NCBI GenBank assembly: GCA_048938295.1
Contig: JBHLMI010000020.1
Span: 15,786-47,785 of the forward strand
From: Promethearchaeota archaeon
GTDB taxonomy: Archaea; Asgardarchaeota; Hermodarchaeia; Hermodarchaeales; Hermodarchaeaceae
Direction of reading: 5' to 3'
DNA: 32,000 nucleotides
In this document: in pieces, positions 8,924 through 17,915 of the stretch
Numbering within the stretch: position 1 is the first letter of the stretch
How the letters are laid out: each line of letters starts with the position of its first letter
The notes under the pieces: model-generated
Databases searched by the model: none
Seen by the model: the letters and a program-made list of their open reading frames with translations, nothing else
What the model was told of the DNA's origin: nothing
Position numbers and translations under genes: made by a program

Positions 8924-9700
8924 ATGGCAAAACATACAATTATCCAAATATCCGATCTACACGTGGGAGAATCTGGATACCGAAAAGACATGATTGTTTC
9001 TGCTGTTGACGAAATTAACAAGATGAACCCCAACCTTGTAATGGTATGTGGTGACCTCACCTGGAATGGGGTCCGTGAACAATTTATTGAAGCCCGTGAT
9101 ATTCTCCAGAATATCGAAGCACCTATAATACACACGATGGGTAATCATGATGCCTCTAATGTAGGATACATGACCTTCGAAGAACTCTTCGGTCCACGAT
9201 TCGCTGAATACAAAGACGATACCATATTCCTCATGGCAGCAGACAGTTCCGAACCTGACCTAGATACAGGTCATATAGGGCGTGAGGGTAGATCCTGCAT
9301 TGACAAAAGCTTCTCAAGCGTCGATGAGGGCCTTTTAAAGGTGTTTGCGTTACACCATCATCTTGTTCCAGTACCTCGTTCAGGTCGAGAGCGGGATAAT
9401 ATGGTGGATTCGGGGGATATGTTGGAGTTATTAATGCACAAGGGTGTTGGTTTGGTGCTAAGTGGCCACCGTCATTATCCGTGGGTGTGGCGTCTGGAGA
9501 ACATGGTGTTAGTGTACTCAGGGACTTCTGGAAGTCCTCGACTTCGTGGAAGTCCTTGTCAAAATTATAACATCATCACGATTGGAAAGAGCACACTGGA
9601 AATTTCCACTAAACTCATCGGTGGTCCTGGTCGACGGCGTGGACGCTATCGATGGGGTAAACGCGGTATCACCTCGCGAAGTGATCGTTCTGAAGAATGA
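8924..9700 (+). CDS. Calcineurin-like metallophosphoesterase (CpdA/Icc-like)
   Basis: ISDLH, GDLT, GNHD, LHHH and SGHRH motifs. Arg/Gly-rich C-terminal tail. Confidence 0.9.
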   Translation: MAKHTIIQISDLHVGESGYRKDMIVSAVDEINKMNPNLVMVCGDLTWNGVREQFIEARDILQNIEAPIIHTMGNHDASNVGYMTFEELFGPRFAEYKDDTIFLMAADSSEPDLDTGHIGREGRSCIDKSFSSVDEGLLKVFALHHHLVPVPRSGRERDNMVDSGDMLELLMHKGVGLVLSGHRHYPWVWRLENMVLVYSGTSGSPRLRGSPCQNYNIITIGKSTLEISTKLIGGPGRRRGRYRWGKRGITSRSDRSEE

Positions 9701-9753
9701 GTGAAGCTAGAGATGGTGGACTTTTCTAATGTCGCGGAATTCAATGACCTGAA

Positions 9754-10734
9754 CTAAAGATTCTTGATTTCTTCGAGAAGCCTTGGGTCGATATTACTTC
9801 CGCTAGCAATGATGGCCACGGTTTCACCTTTGTGGAGTAAAACTCGTTTTTCTAAGATAGCCGCAATTCCAACAACACCAGCGGGTTCAAGGATTTGCTG
9901 TTCATGATCGATCGTCCAGCGTATCGCTGGACGCAGACCATTTTCTTCGACGAGGACAATCTCGTCCACATATTGGAGTGCAATATCAAGGTTAAGCTGG
10001 TTAGTATTTCCTGCTAAGCCGTCAGCAATGGTAGATTCGATGGGCACATGAAAGAGTTGTTGCGCCCTGTAGTTCTCGTAAAACGCCCGAGCGGCTGTGG
10101 TTTGCACACCAATCACACGAATTTGAGGATCGATGTTTTTAGCCCATAACGAAATACCGGAGATTAAGCCCCCTCCACCAATTGGTACAATAACCACATT
10201 CACATCTGGGAGATCTTCAAGGAGCTCAACACCAACAGTTCCCTGTCCTGCAATGACGAGTGGATCAGCATAAGCATGAACGAGGGTTAATTTATTTCGT
10301 TGAGCATACTGCACACTATAGGCTGCGGCTTCATCGTAGTTGCTACCATGTTCAAGAATGGTTGCCCCATATCGTTTGCACTTTTTTAATTTCAATGGCG
10401 ACGCATTATGAGGAACCACAACTGTTGCTGAGACATTGCGGTGTTGGGCAGCATAGGCTACTGCAAGCGCATGATTACCAGTAGAGGCTGTAATCACCCC
10501 TCGCTGTGCCGTCTCCTCAGGGAGCGAGGCAATCTTGTTGTAGGCACCCCGGAGCTTGAATACCCCCGTGTGCTGTTGGCACTCCCACTTCACAAACACT
10601 TTAGCCCCTGCTATCTCCTCTAGATTCGGAGAAGGAGATACGGGGGTATGTGAGATGAGGCCATCCAAACGTTTACGAGCCTGGAGAATCAGCCGTGGAG
10701 TCACAGGAAGTGAAAGAGGTCTAGACGGATTCAT
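9754..10734 (-). CDS. PLP-dependent threonine/serine dehydratase, short form without ACT domain
   Basis: KWECQQHTGVFKLRGA (PLP lysine), STGNHA, GQGTVG.E, PIGGGGLISG, IADGL and SGSN. ATG 10734 preferred over GTG 10746. Confidence 0.9.
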   Translation of the reverse strand: MNPSRPLSLPVTPRLILQARKRLDGLISHTPVSPSPNLEEIAGAKVFVKWECQQHTGVFKLRGAYNKIASLPEETAQRGVITASTGNHALAVAYAAQHRNVSATVVVPHNASPLKLKKCKRYGATILEHGSNYDEAAAYSVQYAQRNKLTLVHAYADPLVIAGQGTVGVELLEDLPDVNVVIVPIGGGGLISGISLWAKNIDPQIRVIGVQTTAARAFYENYRAQQLFHVPIESTIADGLAGNTNQLNLDIALQYVDEIVLVEENGLRPAIRWTIDHEQQILEPAGVVGIAAILEKRVLLHKGETVAIIASGSNIDPRLLEEIKNL

Positions 10735-10869
10735 GATACCCTGCACCTAGTAATCATGGATATTAACTGGGTTAGATAATGATTTCTCAGCAAGAATTTT
10801 CTATTCCTCCTAAGTTACGAGTTTTTATAAGTCTGCATTTTCGTTAATGGGACTAAGAGCGTGATCTAT

Positions 10870-11346
10870 ATGTCCCGAGATGAAATTCAACAGAAACTCC
10901 ACTGTCGACGTTGTGGTCGACCGCGCATTGTTAATCGAGTTAGCAAACCCAATCCGAATACAATCAAACTCTACATGATCTGCCCAGTGCACACTGCTGA
11001 GGTCGTCTATTCAATGCCAGAAAACCGCTACGAGGAGGCCAGCGACCTAATCCGAGAACACGTCCTTCTATGCAAGAAGTGTGGACAACCCGTTGATATC
11101 GTTGGCCAACGAGCAGGCAGTCTTTCAACAAATCTCAGCATCCAGTGCCCCGAACACGGCAGCGGTGAACGAATGATCAACAACTCGCTCCTTGACCCAA
11201 TCCTCGCAGCAGTCCCAGCGAAACCAGCACCTTATGAAGTAAAGGCAACTGCTGGTGCTACAACAAAATTCTGTGCTAGCTGTGGTTCACCAGTCCCAAC
11301 AGCTGAAGCCCGATTTTGTCACCACTGTGGCGCTTCACTTGAGTAG
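10870..11346 (+). CDS. Zinc-finger protein with two CxxC...CPxH repeats and a C-terminal double zinc ribbon
   Basis: CRRC..CPVH, CKKC..CPEH, then FCASCG..FCHHCG. TTTTTATAAG promoter near 10822. Confidence 0.8.
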   Translation: MSRDEIQQKLHCRRCGRPRIVNRVSKPNPNTIKLYMICPVHTAEVVYSMPENRYEEASDLIREHVLLCKKCGQPVDIVGQRAGSLSTNLSIQCPEHGSGERMINNSLLDPILAAVPAKPAPYEVKATAGATTKFCASCGSPVPTAEARFCHHCGASLE

Positions 11347-11394
11347 ATCTCTAATAAGAGGTCCTAGCGTCGGACAGAAGAGCGCATACTAGGT

Positions 11395-12183
11395 TTAGCC
11401 TTTCGGGGGATACACCTTTCTAGCTGAGGTGAGGTATCCGGTGTGCCCAATCATCCGAGTGGCGGGTCGAGTTTTTCCTGGACGAACGAGAATTTCCCGT
11501 TCAATGAGTTCACGTGTCATGATTTCGGTAAAGTGAGAAGCATAGATCGCGTCTACTGTGCGTTGGGTTTGCTCAATGGTCGGTGAAAACGATACTATGA
11601 CTCCACCTCCATGCAACGCCTCATAGGCCAGTGGTACTACGTCCCATGGCACCGCCATATCGAGCACCACGGCATCAACTTCGGTTTCATGTATGCCCGC
11701 CAGAATATCCTGTTGTTTGATGGTAACGATATCACCAAGACCGATTTTCACGATGTTCTTTTGCGCCTCCTTTGCGAAATCCTCTCGGAGTTCATAGGAA
11801 ATCACACGCCCTGCTGGAGCAACGTGATGACCAAGGAGGGAGGTAAGTGCCCCACTGCCGGTACCCGCTTCGAGCACCACTGAACCGGGGCCAATCCCCG
11901 CTAACAATATAATAAGTCCAGCATCTTTGGGATACACAATATTAGTTTGCCGCCCCATCTTCACAGCCTGATCCCGGGGGAGTGGGTTCAATGCAGCAAC
12001 GTGAACCCCAAGAGAGGTCTTAATTAAGCTCCCAAAAGGTTGACCGATTACTTCATCAAATTTTAGAATGCCTCTGTGAAGGTGAAATGATTTTCCTGCT
12101 TCTACCCGGAGCAGCCAATGTCGTCGAGTATCTAAAAAAAAGAGCACTTGGTCACCGTCAAGTATTGGAGTCAAAGTGTTCAC
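11395..12183 (-). CDS. trmI: tRNA (adenine-N1)-methyltransferase (TrmI/GCD14)
   Basis: RQTNIVYPKDAG, VLEAGTGSGALT, SYELREDF, LDMAVPW, SFSPTIEQ and RP..RMIGHTGYL. Start is approximate. Confidence 0.95.
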   Translation of the reverse strand: MNTLTPILDGDQVLFFLDTRRHWLLRVEAGKSFHLHRGILKFDEVIGQPFGSLIKTSLGVHVAALNPLPRDQAVKMGRQTNIVYPKDAGLIILLAGIGPGSVVLEAGTGSGALTSLLGHHVAPAGRVISYELREDFAKEAQKNIVKIGLGDIVTIKQQDILAGIHETEVDAVVLDMAVPWDVVPLAYEALHGGGVIVSFSPTIEQTQRTVDAIYASHFTEIMTRELIEREILVRPGKTRPATRMIGHTGYLTSARKVYPPKG

Positions 12184-12319
12184 CAACGTGCCTAGCCCCT
12201 CGCACCTTTTCAGGTTTCTGTCCACCATTCAATATGCCGAAAGAATTCGAAATCTGAAGAAAATGAGAGGAAACAGTTAAGGGCATTCTTCGTAATGTCT
12301 GAGAACAGGAGGAAGCACA

Positions 12320-13309
12320 GTGGCAACACAGCCAATTGAAACCATGACAGCTCTTAAGTGCCAATCCTGCAACGCCCCCCTCGCAGTTTCTCCCGATGAT
12401 GTCGTCATCACCTGTGGTTACTGTGGTTTTACAGTTACCGTTGAGGGAGAGAAGGTAGAGAATCACTTTACCTTGGAGCCCACACTGACGGCGGATGAAA
12501 TCCGCGATATGGTTACTGAGTGGGTGGGTCGAGGTGGTAAAGCCCGAGTGACAGAATCACATCTGCGATTTGTTCCCTTTTGGGTGGAATCGATGCATGC
12601 GTATACCTCATATCAGGGGTATAAGGAGCACCGCGAAACCGAATACTACACTGACTCACAAGGGAAACGGCGTTCACGAACTAAAATCGAATATGAACCC
12701 ATCCAGGGCCAATTCGACGAGAATCGTTCAGTGAATGTCTTGTGTCGACGAGGCGCTACCTTCTACAGTCTTGGCGAATTGGATAAGGCACTAAACGTGA
12801 CTAAGAGGGGAATCCAACCTTTTGATTACAATGCAATCACAGCCGTGGAAGAAAAGCCCCTCTTTTTGAATAGCGAACTCACCGACGATGATGCCTACGA
12901 GATTGCTGAAACATTTATTTCCCAGGATCATCGCAGCCGCGCTGATTCCCGGGCCACAAAGATCTGGGACTGCAACAGCCGGATCAACAAGACCGGCTCA
13001 TACCTATTGCATGTCCCGCATTGGCTTGTCCGCTACCAATTTGGTACTGAAACGTATCGTGTTGGTATCGACGGACATACGAAGAAAATCCTGAAAGGTG
13101 AAGTACCCATTTCTGCAAGCTATCGGGCTACTATGTTCGTGTTAAGCCTCATAGGAGTGCTCATTGGAACCATCGGCACCTACTTTGCTGCGCTACTACT
13201 CGCACCAGACTATTCGTTCTTATCCTTGGTGCTAGTCGTTATTGGACTAGCAATTGGTGTCCTAGCGACCCGGAATAGCTTCAAGATACATGCAGAAAAA
13301 CGAGGGTGA
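12320..13309 (+). CDS. Zinc-ribbon membrane protein (YdjG-like), paralog 1
   Basis: CQSC..CGYCG ribbon, FVPFW and HVPHW motifs, two C-terminal TM helices. AGGAGG SD before GTG. Confidence 0.75.
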   Translation: MATQPIETMTALKCQSCNAPLAVSPDDVVITCGYCGFTVTVEGEKVENHFTLEPTLTADEIRDMVTEWVGRGGKARVTESHLRFVPFWVESMHAYTSYQGYKEHRETEYYTDSQGKRRSRTKIEYEPIQGQFDENRSVNVLCRRGATFYSLGELDKALNVTKRGIQPFDYNAITAVEEKPLFLNSELTDDDAYEIAETFISQDHRSRADSRATKIWDCNSRINKTGSYLLHVPHWLVRYQFGTETYRVGIDGHTKKILKGEVPISASYRATMFVLSLIGVLIGTIGTYFAALLLAPDYSFLSLVLVVIGLAIGVLATRNSFKIHAEKRG

Positions 13310-13332
13310 CTGAGGAAAAACGGTGAAAAGAA

Positions 13333-14322
13333 ATGGCAAAACATTGCATAAATTGTGGCGCACAGCTTAACATCCATCCAACGGATGCGATTATCACCTG
13401 TAACTATTGTGGTACTTCATTCACCCCTGAAGGGACAAGAATGAAGGAGCATTTTGCACTGGGAGTGAATTACACTCAAAGTGAGGCGCTTGATACTCTC
13501 AAAGCGTACCTGGTGAAGGTTCCTGGCGTCTCAGATGATTTAGCCTTACAAATCCAATTGCAGGATCTCTCAATGACCTACTACCCCTATTGGACTGTAA
13601 CTGTTCAAGGGGATGTTGCCTACAAGGGAATTGACCGAAAAGCCTCATTCCGGGGCCAATCTGGTGGACGTTATTCAAGTATCCATTGGGAATGGGTTGC
13701 TGAATCCGGACATCAAGAACAGACACGTCAAATCCGACTATACGCTGGACCCAAAACTCGTCCTGAAATAGTCAACTACCCGATTGCCACTCGGTCACGA
13801 CGGTACTTCAATTTCGAAGAAGTCCAGCAATATACAGGGAACGTGCTGTTTTCAAAGGTCTCAGAAGAAGATGCACGACAACAGGCAATCGCTGCTACAC
13901 GTAATATGATCTTTGCAAGGATAAAGCGAGAAACGGAAAAAATCGATGATACCCGGGAAAACTTTCAGGTCACCGACCAAGCCTACATCCACGTGCCCAT
14001 CTATCATGTCAAATTCTCAGTTGGTGGAAACAAAAGCTATGAAGCAGCCCTTGATGCATCGAACGGTCGAGTTATTTATACCCAGATTCCCACCACCGCA
14101 GGATTCAAAGTGAAGACCATCGGCATGTCCCTTATATGGTTCCTTCTCACCATTGCAGGTGCCATCCTGACGTATTTAGGTTATTCTGAATTTTCACTCC
14201 TGGGACTCACTCCAGCATATCTCTTCTACGCCGGTCTTGGACTGACGATCATTCCGTTGCTATTAGCCTTGATGACGATATTTTATGCCTCACGAAAAAC
14301 CGCAGCAGAACGAGCGCAATAG
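13333..14322 (+). CDS. Zinc-ribbon membrane protein (YdjG-like), paralog 2
   Basis: CINC..CNYCG ribbon, YYPYW and HVPIY motifs, two C-terminal TM helices. GGTGA SD, 23 nt after paralog 1. Confidence 0.75.
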   Translation: MAKHCINCGAQLNIHPTDAIITCNYCGTSFTPEGTRMKEHFALGVNYTQSEALDTLKAYLVKVPGVSDDLALQIQLQDLSMTYYPYWTVTVQGDVAYKGIDRKASFRGQSGGRYSSIHWEWVAESGHQEQTRQIRLYAGPKTRPEIVNYPIATRSRRYFNFEEVQQYTGNVLFSKVSEEDARQQAIAATRNMIFARIKRETEKIDDTRENFQVTDQAYIHVPIYHVKFSVGGNKSYEAALDASNGRVIYTQIPTTAGFKVKTIGMSLIWFLLTIAGAILTYLGYSEFSLLGLTPAYLFYAGLGLTIIPLLLALMTIFYASRKTAAERAQ

Positions 14323-14420
14323 AAACCTGCCACATATGTCTACAACTGGTCACACACAGTCGATGTAGCGAATACCATCAATACTTGGGTATCAATTATG
14401 CTTCTCGTAGAAATCAGCTA

Positions 14421-14449
14421 GGTTGGCGAGATTTTATAAGGTCTCAACC
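14421..14449 (+). promoter_or_regulatory. TATA box within an imperfect inverted repeat
   Basis: GGTTG-GC-GAGA TTTTATAAGG TCTC-AACC, located 35-63 nt before the TTG at 14484. Confidence 0.4.
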
Positions 14450-14483
14450 CAATGCCTAGATAGCGACCATCGAGGTGATCTCC

Positions 14484-15029
14484 TTGGGAGATAAAGATAA
14501 ACCATCCATTATGGAAAAAGTCGATGACGAACGCACTCTAACACAGAAAATCATGAAATTAATTCCCGGATGGCGGGGATACCGGATCAAGGAAGAACGG
14601 CGGAATGCCGATCGAATTCTTCGTGACCAAATCGTCAACCGTCTACGAGAATCCACAGATAAAATTCAAGATATTCGTTCTGCTGTCGTGGAAAACGATA
14701 TTGAAGAGGCCTACCGAATGGTTGACTCAGTTATGAGTCGAACGGAGAAGCTCATCAGCCAAATCGAACATGCGGATTATGGATACCGTCCCTTCTTTGA
14801 CGCCATCAAAATCAAAGAAGACGATTTAGAGAATATGCTCCGCTACGACAGTTGGTTTGTAGAGAACGTCCAAACCTTCGATCAACGCTGTGACGATGTC
14901 CTGACGTTGATTGAAGATGATGCCGATGAAGCAATAGGTCACATCAAGGATCTTCGAAAAATGGTTTCGAAAATGAACCTCCAGTGGAAGGAACGAGAAC
15001 AAGTCATCATGGGTATTGAAGTCGTTTAA
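14484..15029 (+). CDS. Conserved all-helical hypothetical protein (IPGWRGY...EERR.AD...HADYGY.PFFD)
   Basis: Acidic and helical. GAGGTGA SD at 14472-14478 places the start at TTG 14484. Confidence 0.8.
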   Translation: MGDKDKPSIMEKVDDERTLTQKIMKLIPGWRGYRIKEERRNADRILRDQIVNRLRESTDKIQDIRSAVVENDIEEAYRMVDSVMSRTEKLISQIEHADYGYRPFFDAIKIKEDDLENMLRYDSWFVENVQTFDQRCDDVLTLIEDDADEAIGHIKDLRKMVSKMNLQWKEREQVIMGIEVV

Positions 15030-15068
15030 CTAACTGGTTGCGACTACTGCCCCTGAAGTGTGTCCTTC

Positions 15069-15093
15069 CATTCTTTTTCTCTTTTTATTTCTT
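15069..15093 (+). terminator. Archaeal pyrimidine/oligo-T terminator
   Basis: CATTCTTTTTCTCTTTTTATTTCTT, about 40 nt after the 15029 stop. Confidence 0.5.
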
Positions 15094-15326
15094 CAAGTCA
15101 ATAAAAGCCGTCGAGGATTTTTATGGATTCAAAGTGATCGACCATCTTGCCTTCCAATTCCCTTTTCGAGAGACTCGTAGAACGACTCTAAAGGGAGTTG
15201 TAGTTGAATACTTATTTCATAATAAAAATCAATGAATCTTATTTTTCTAAACTGACTTGAATTTTAATGAGTGTTTAAAAGGAAGAAGACTTGACACTAT
15301 TAACAAAGTTTGACAGGTATAACAGG

Positions 15327-16595
15327 ATGCCCTTCACCACAACAATTGATGAAAACTTGGCTCGTGGACGTAAAGCCATCAAAAGGGCTTCAATTGTTGT
15401 TTCACTCTTAATCATTACATGGTTTCTCATAGCACACCTTTCGGGAAGCCTTGGCCTTTTAGCAAAGGGAGTCGACTCGATCTCAGATCTGATTGCCATT
15501 ATCACAGTGTTTCTTGGATTATGGCTCGCTCAACGAGATCCCAACCAAAAATATCCCTATGGTTATTTCAAGGCAGAATCATTAGCAGCCCTGATTGTCG
15601 CAGTCTTTATCTTTATAACGGGTTTAGGTGTGCTTTGGCAAGCAATCCAACGAATATTCATTCCAATAGAACTACGCTTCATCGATCTGGCATTAGTGGT
15701 TTCAATTGCATCAATTCCAATCATCTTTGTCATGTCCTGGTATCTGAAAAAAATTGGTCGAGAAACTAGGAGTAATGCAGTATATAATAAGGGTCAAGAA
15801 TTTCAAATGGATATTTTGGCCTCGATTGCTGTTATCTTAGGATTGGTCTTTGCTTTAGTTGGATTACCATGGGTTGAATCCATTGTGGGATTTATAATTG
15901 GTCTGTTGATTCTTAGAAGTAGTTTCCAATTGGCATATGAATCAATACTCGTCCTAATGGATGCTGGGCAAGATCTCGAAAAGATAAAGGCTATTGAACA
16001 ACTCGCTGTACCTGTTCTTGGTGTCCTTGGTGTTCATGACATAAAGTTACGAAGAGCAGGACCAATTTATTTTGGAGAAATGCACCTTGAAGTTGCTGGT
16101 AAAACAACGGTCCTCCAATCACATCGCCTCACAGAAGAAATCGAAGCACGAGTCAAAGAAGTGTACCCTGAAGTTCTTTCAGTTCTCGTTCATGTGGAGC
16201 CAGTAACACCTATCACCTTCCGCGTCGCATTTCCCGTAGACTCTCAGAATGCCACTCCCCAATCCAAGCCTAGCTCGGTATTTGGATTTGTTGATTTTTT
16301 CCTGATAATGGATATTCAACAGGAACAAATCTCACTCTGGGAGATTGTACCAAACCCTGCTTCACAACAGGAGAAAGAACGTGGGAAAGACACAGCGAAA
16401 CTACTCATCGATGCAAAGGTAGAGGTTGTCTTTGCGGAGAGAATGGGCGAAACCCCCCTAAGCATTCTCCGAAACCACTTGATCCGCGTTTATAAACAGG
16501 AGTCCAAGGCTAGCTGCCAAGAGAACCTCAAATACTTCTTTGCTGACCAACTGGATTATCTTACACCCAAAGAAACGACAGACCACCACAAGTAG
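15327..16595 (+). CDS. Cation diffusion facilitator fused to a NifB/NifX-type domain
   Basis: YPYGYFKAESLA, six TM helices, GVHDIKLRRAG, HLEV and LVHVEP, followed by VAFPV...FG..FF...NP...AKLLID..VEVV. Confidence 0.9.
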   Translation: MPFTTTIDENLARGRKAIKRASIVVSLLIITWFLIAHLSGSLGLLAKGVDSISDLIAIITVFLGLWLAQRDPNQKYPYGYFKAESLAALIVAVFIFITGLGVLWQAIQRIFIPIELRFIDLALVVSIASIPIIFVMSWYLKKIGRETRSNAVYNKGQEFQMDILASIAVILGLVFALVGLPWVESIVGFIIGLLILRSSFQLAYESILVLMDAGQDLEKIKAIEQLAVPVLGVLGVHDIKLRRAGPIYFGEMHLEVAGKTTVLQSHRLTEEIEARVKEVYPEVLSVLVHVEPVTPITFRVAFPVDSQNATPQSKPSSVFGFVDFFLIMDIQQEQISLWEIVPNPASQQEKERGKDTAKLLIDAKVEVVFAERMGETPLSILRNHLIRVYKQESKASCQENLKYFFADQLDYLTPKETTDHHK

Positions 16596-16729
16596 ATCCA
16601 AGTCTATGTTATTCCCAAAACAAAAATCGTTCAAAAAAGCAAAGTCGTAAAGTTGAAAAGGCTGAGCACGAATTGCAACACAGACCTTCTGTACCTTCCA
16701 AACTTGGATTTCCAGAGGGAGAAATCAAC

Positions 16730-17725
16730 ATGCCCGAAATAATCGAATGGAAAAACATGCGAAAGAACGACATCGTCTATCGATGGCCCAATGACCTCGT
16801 GAAATGGGGCAGCCAATGCCTCGTTCGCGAAAACCAAGCTGCCGTCTTCTACCGCGACGGCAAAGCCCTCGACGTAATGGGCGTTGGGCGCCACACCCTC
16901 ACCACCGCTAATGTTCCGATTCTCACAGGAATTCTACGCCGTATTGCAGGTTTCGACAAATCCCCCTTCAACGCTGAAGTCATCTTCCTAAACACGACCA
17001 AATTCCAAGGCAAATTCGGTGGCAAAGGCCAAACCCGTGATTTAGCTCCCCTCCAGTTCCATGGAGAATTTTGGTTCGAAGTGGAGGATGCACAAATCTT
17101 TGTTAACGAAGTCGTCGCTGGAGAAAACTACACCACTCAAGATGTTACCGACTTCATTCGGTCCAAATTCGTCGAACTCGCCATGGATGAACTCGCTGGC
17201 TATACCCTACAAAACGCCATGACCCGCCTTGACGAAACCAGCATGAAAACCAAAACCATCCTCTCCGACAAGTTCGAAGAATACGGCCTTAAACTTCTAG
17301 ACATGGCCTTCGCTGGAATGGACACTTCACCCGAATACCGCGAGCGCCTCTTCTTTGCCGTCCAAGGCGTCTCCGGCAACCAAGTTCTCACCGCTGAAAC
17401 CATGCGCCGCAGCGCCGAAGCCCTCGGCCAAGGTGGCGGCGGAGGAGCTGCAGCTGGTGCTGGCATCGTCCTCATCCCACAACTCGCTGAAATGATGCGC
17501 CAATCCCAGAAGCCCCAAGAACAAGGCGTCACTCATGTCGCCTGCCCCTTCTGCGGCGCTGCAATGCCGCTGAAAGACGGTAAGCCTCCGAAATTCTGTT
17601 CAGAATGCGGAAAACAACTTCGTCAGGAAGTTGATGCACGGGTGAAAGCCAAGAAGTTTTGCCCAGAATGCGGGGCGCCTGCTTCGAAAGGGAAGTTTTG
17701 CAGTGAGTGTGGTGCTGAGCTTTAA
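16730..17725 (+). CDS. SPFH/Band-7 protein (YdjI / 'virion core protein' type) with C-terminal zinc ribbons
   Basis: IVYRWP, GSQCLVRENQAAVFYRDGKALD, GRHTLTTANVPIL, PFNAEVIF, a GGGGAAAGAG linker, then CPFC, FCSECG, FCPECG and FCSECG. Confidence 0.88.
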   Translation: MPEIIEWKNMRKNDIVYRWPNDLVKWGSQCLVRENQAAVFYRDGKALDVMGVGRHTLTTANVPILTGILRRIAGFDKSPFNAEVIFLNTTKFQGKFGGKGQTRDLAPLQFHGEFWFEVEDAQIFVNEVVAGENYTTQDVTDFIRSKFVELAMDELAGYTLQNAMTRLDETSMKTKTILSDKFEEYGLKLLDMAFAGMDTSPEYRERLFFAVQGVSGNQVLTAETMRRSAEALGQGGGGGAAAGAGIVLIPQLAEMMRQSQKPQEQGVTHVACPFCGAAMPLKDGKPPKFCSECGKQLRQEVDARVKAKKFCPECGAPASKGKFCSECGAEL

Positions 17726-17728
17726 GTA

Positions 17729-17768
17729 GACAAGAGGGCAGGTGGCCCTCTTTGTCCTTATTTTCTTT
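17729..17768 (+). terminator. Hairpin plus T-tract after the SPFH gene
   Basis: GACAAGAGGGC-AGGTG-GCCCTCTTTGTC (one bulge), followed by CTTATTTTCTTT. Confidence 0.6.
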
Positions 17769-17915
17769 GTAGGGGTCCTAGGGGACCTGTTCTAGTTTTT
17801 ATACGGGATTGTCAATCGTGCTTGTCTAGGAGGACAGTTGTTCTTTTCATTTTGCTTATATACACTCGTTGAGTAAGGATTGAGGCTAGCGAACTGTGTG
17901 TTGTGTGGTTCTAGG

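Noticed and set aside
14484-15029. Calling the helical protein PspA/ESCRT-III
   Set aside because: No recognisable PspA or Snf7 sequence pattern. It is kept only as a structural hypothesis.
15243-15255. 12/13 match to the core of the 20217-20240 palindrome
   Set aside because: The palindromic arms are not preserved, so it is probably coincidental.
15092-15261. 9-bp inverted repeat (TTCAAGTCA / TGACTTGAA), as in a MITE
   Set aside because: Expected by chance in a 300-nt AT-rich gap, and there is no target-site duplication or second copy.
15291-15323. Bacterial-like TTGACA...TATAAC promoter before the CDF
   Set aside because: The 21-nt spacing is too long for sigma70 and the host is archaeal.
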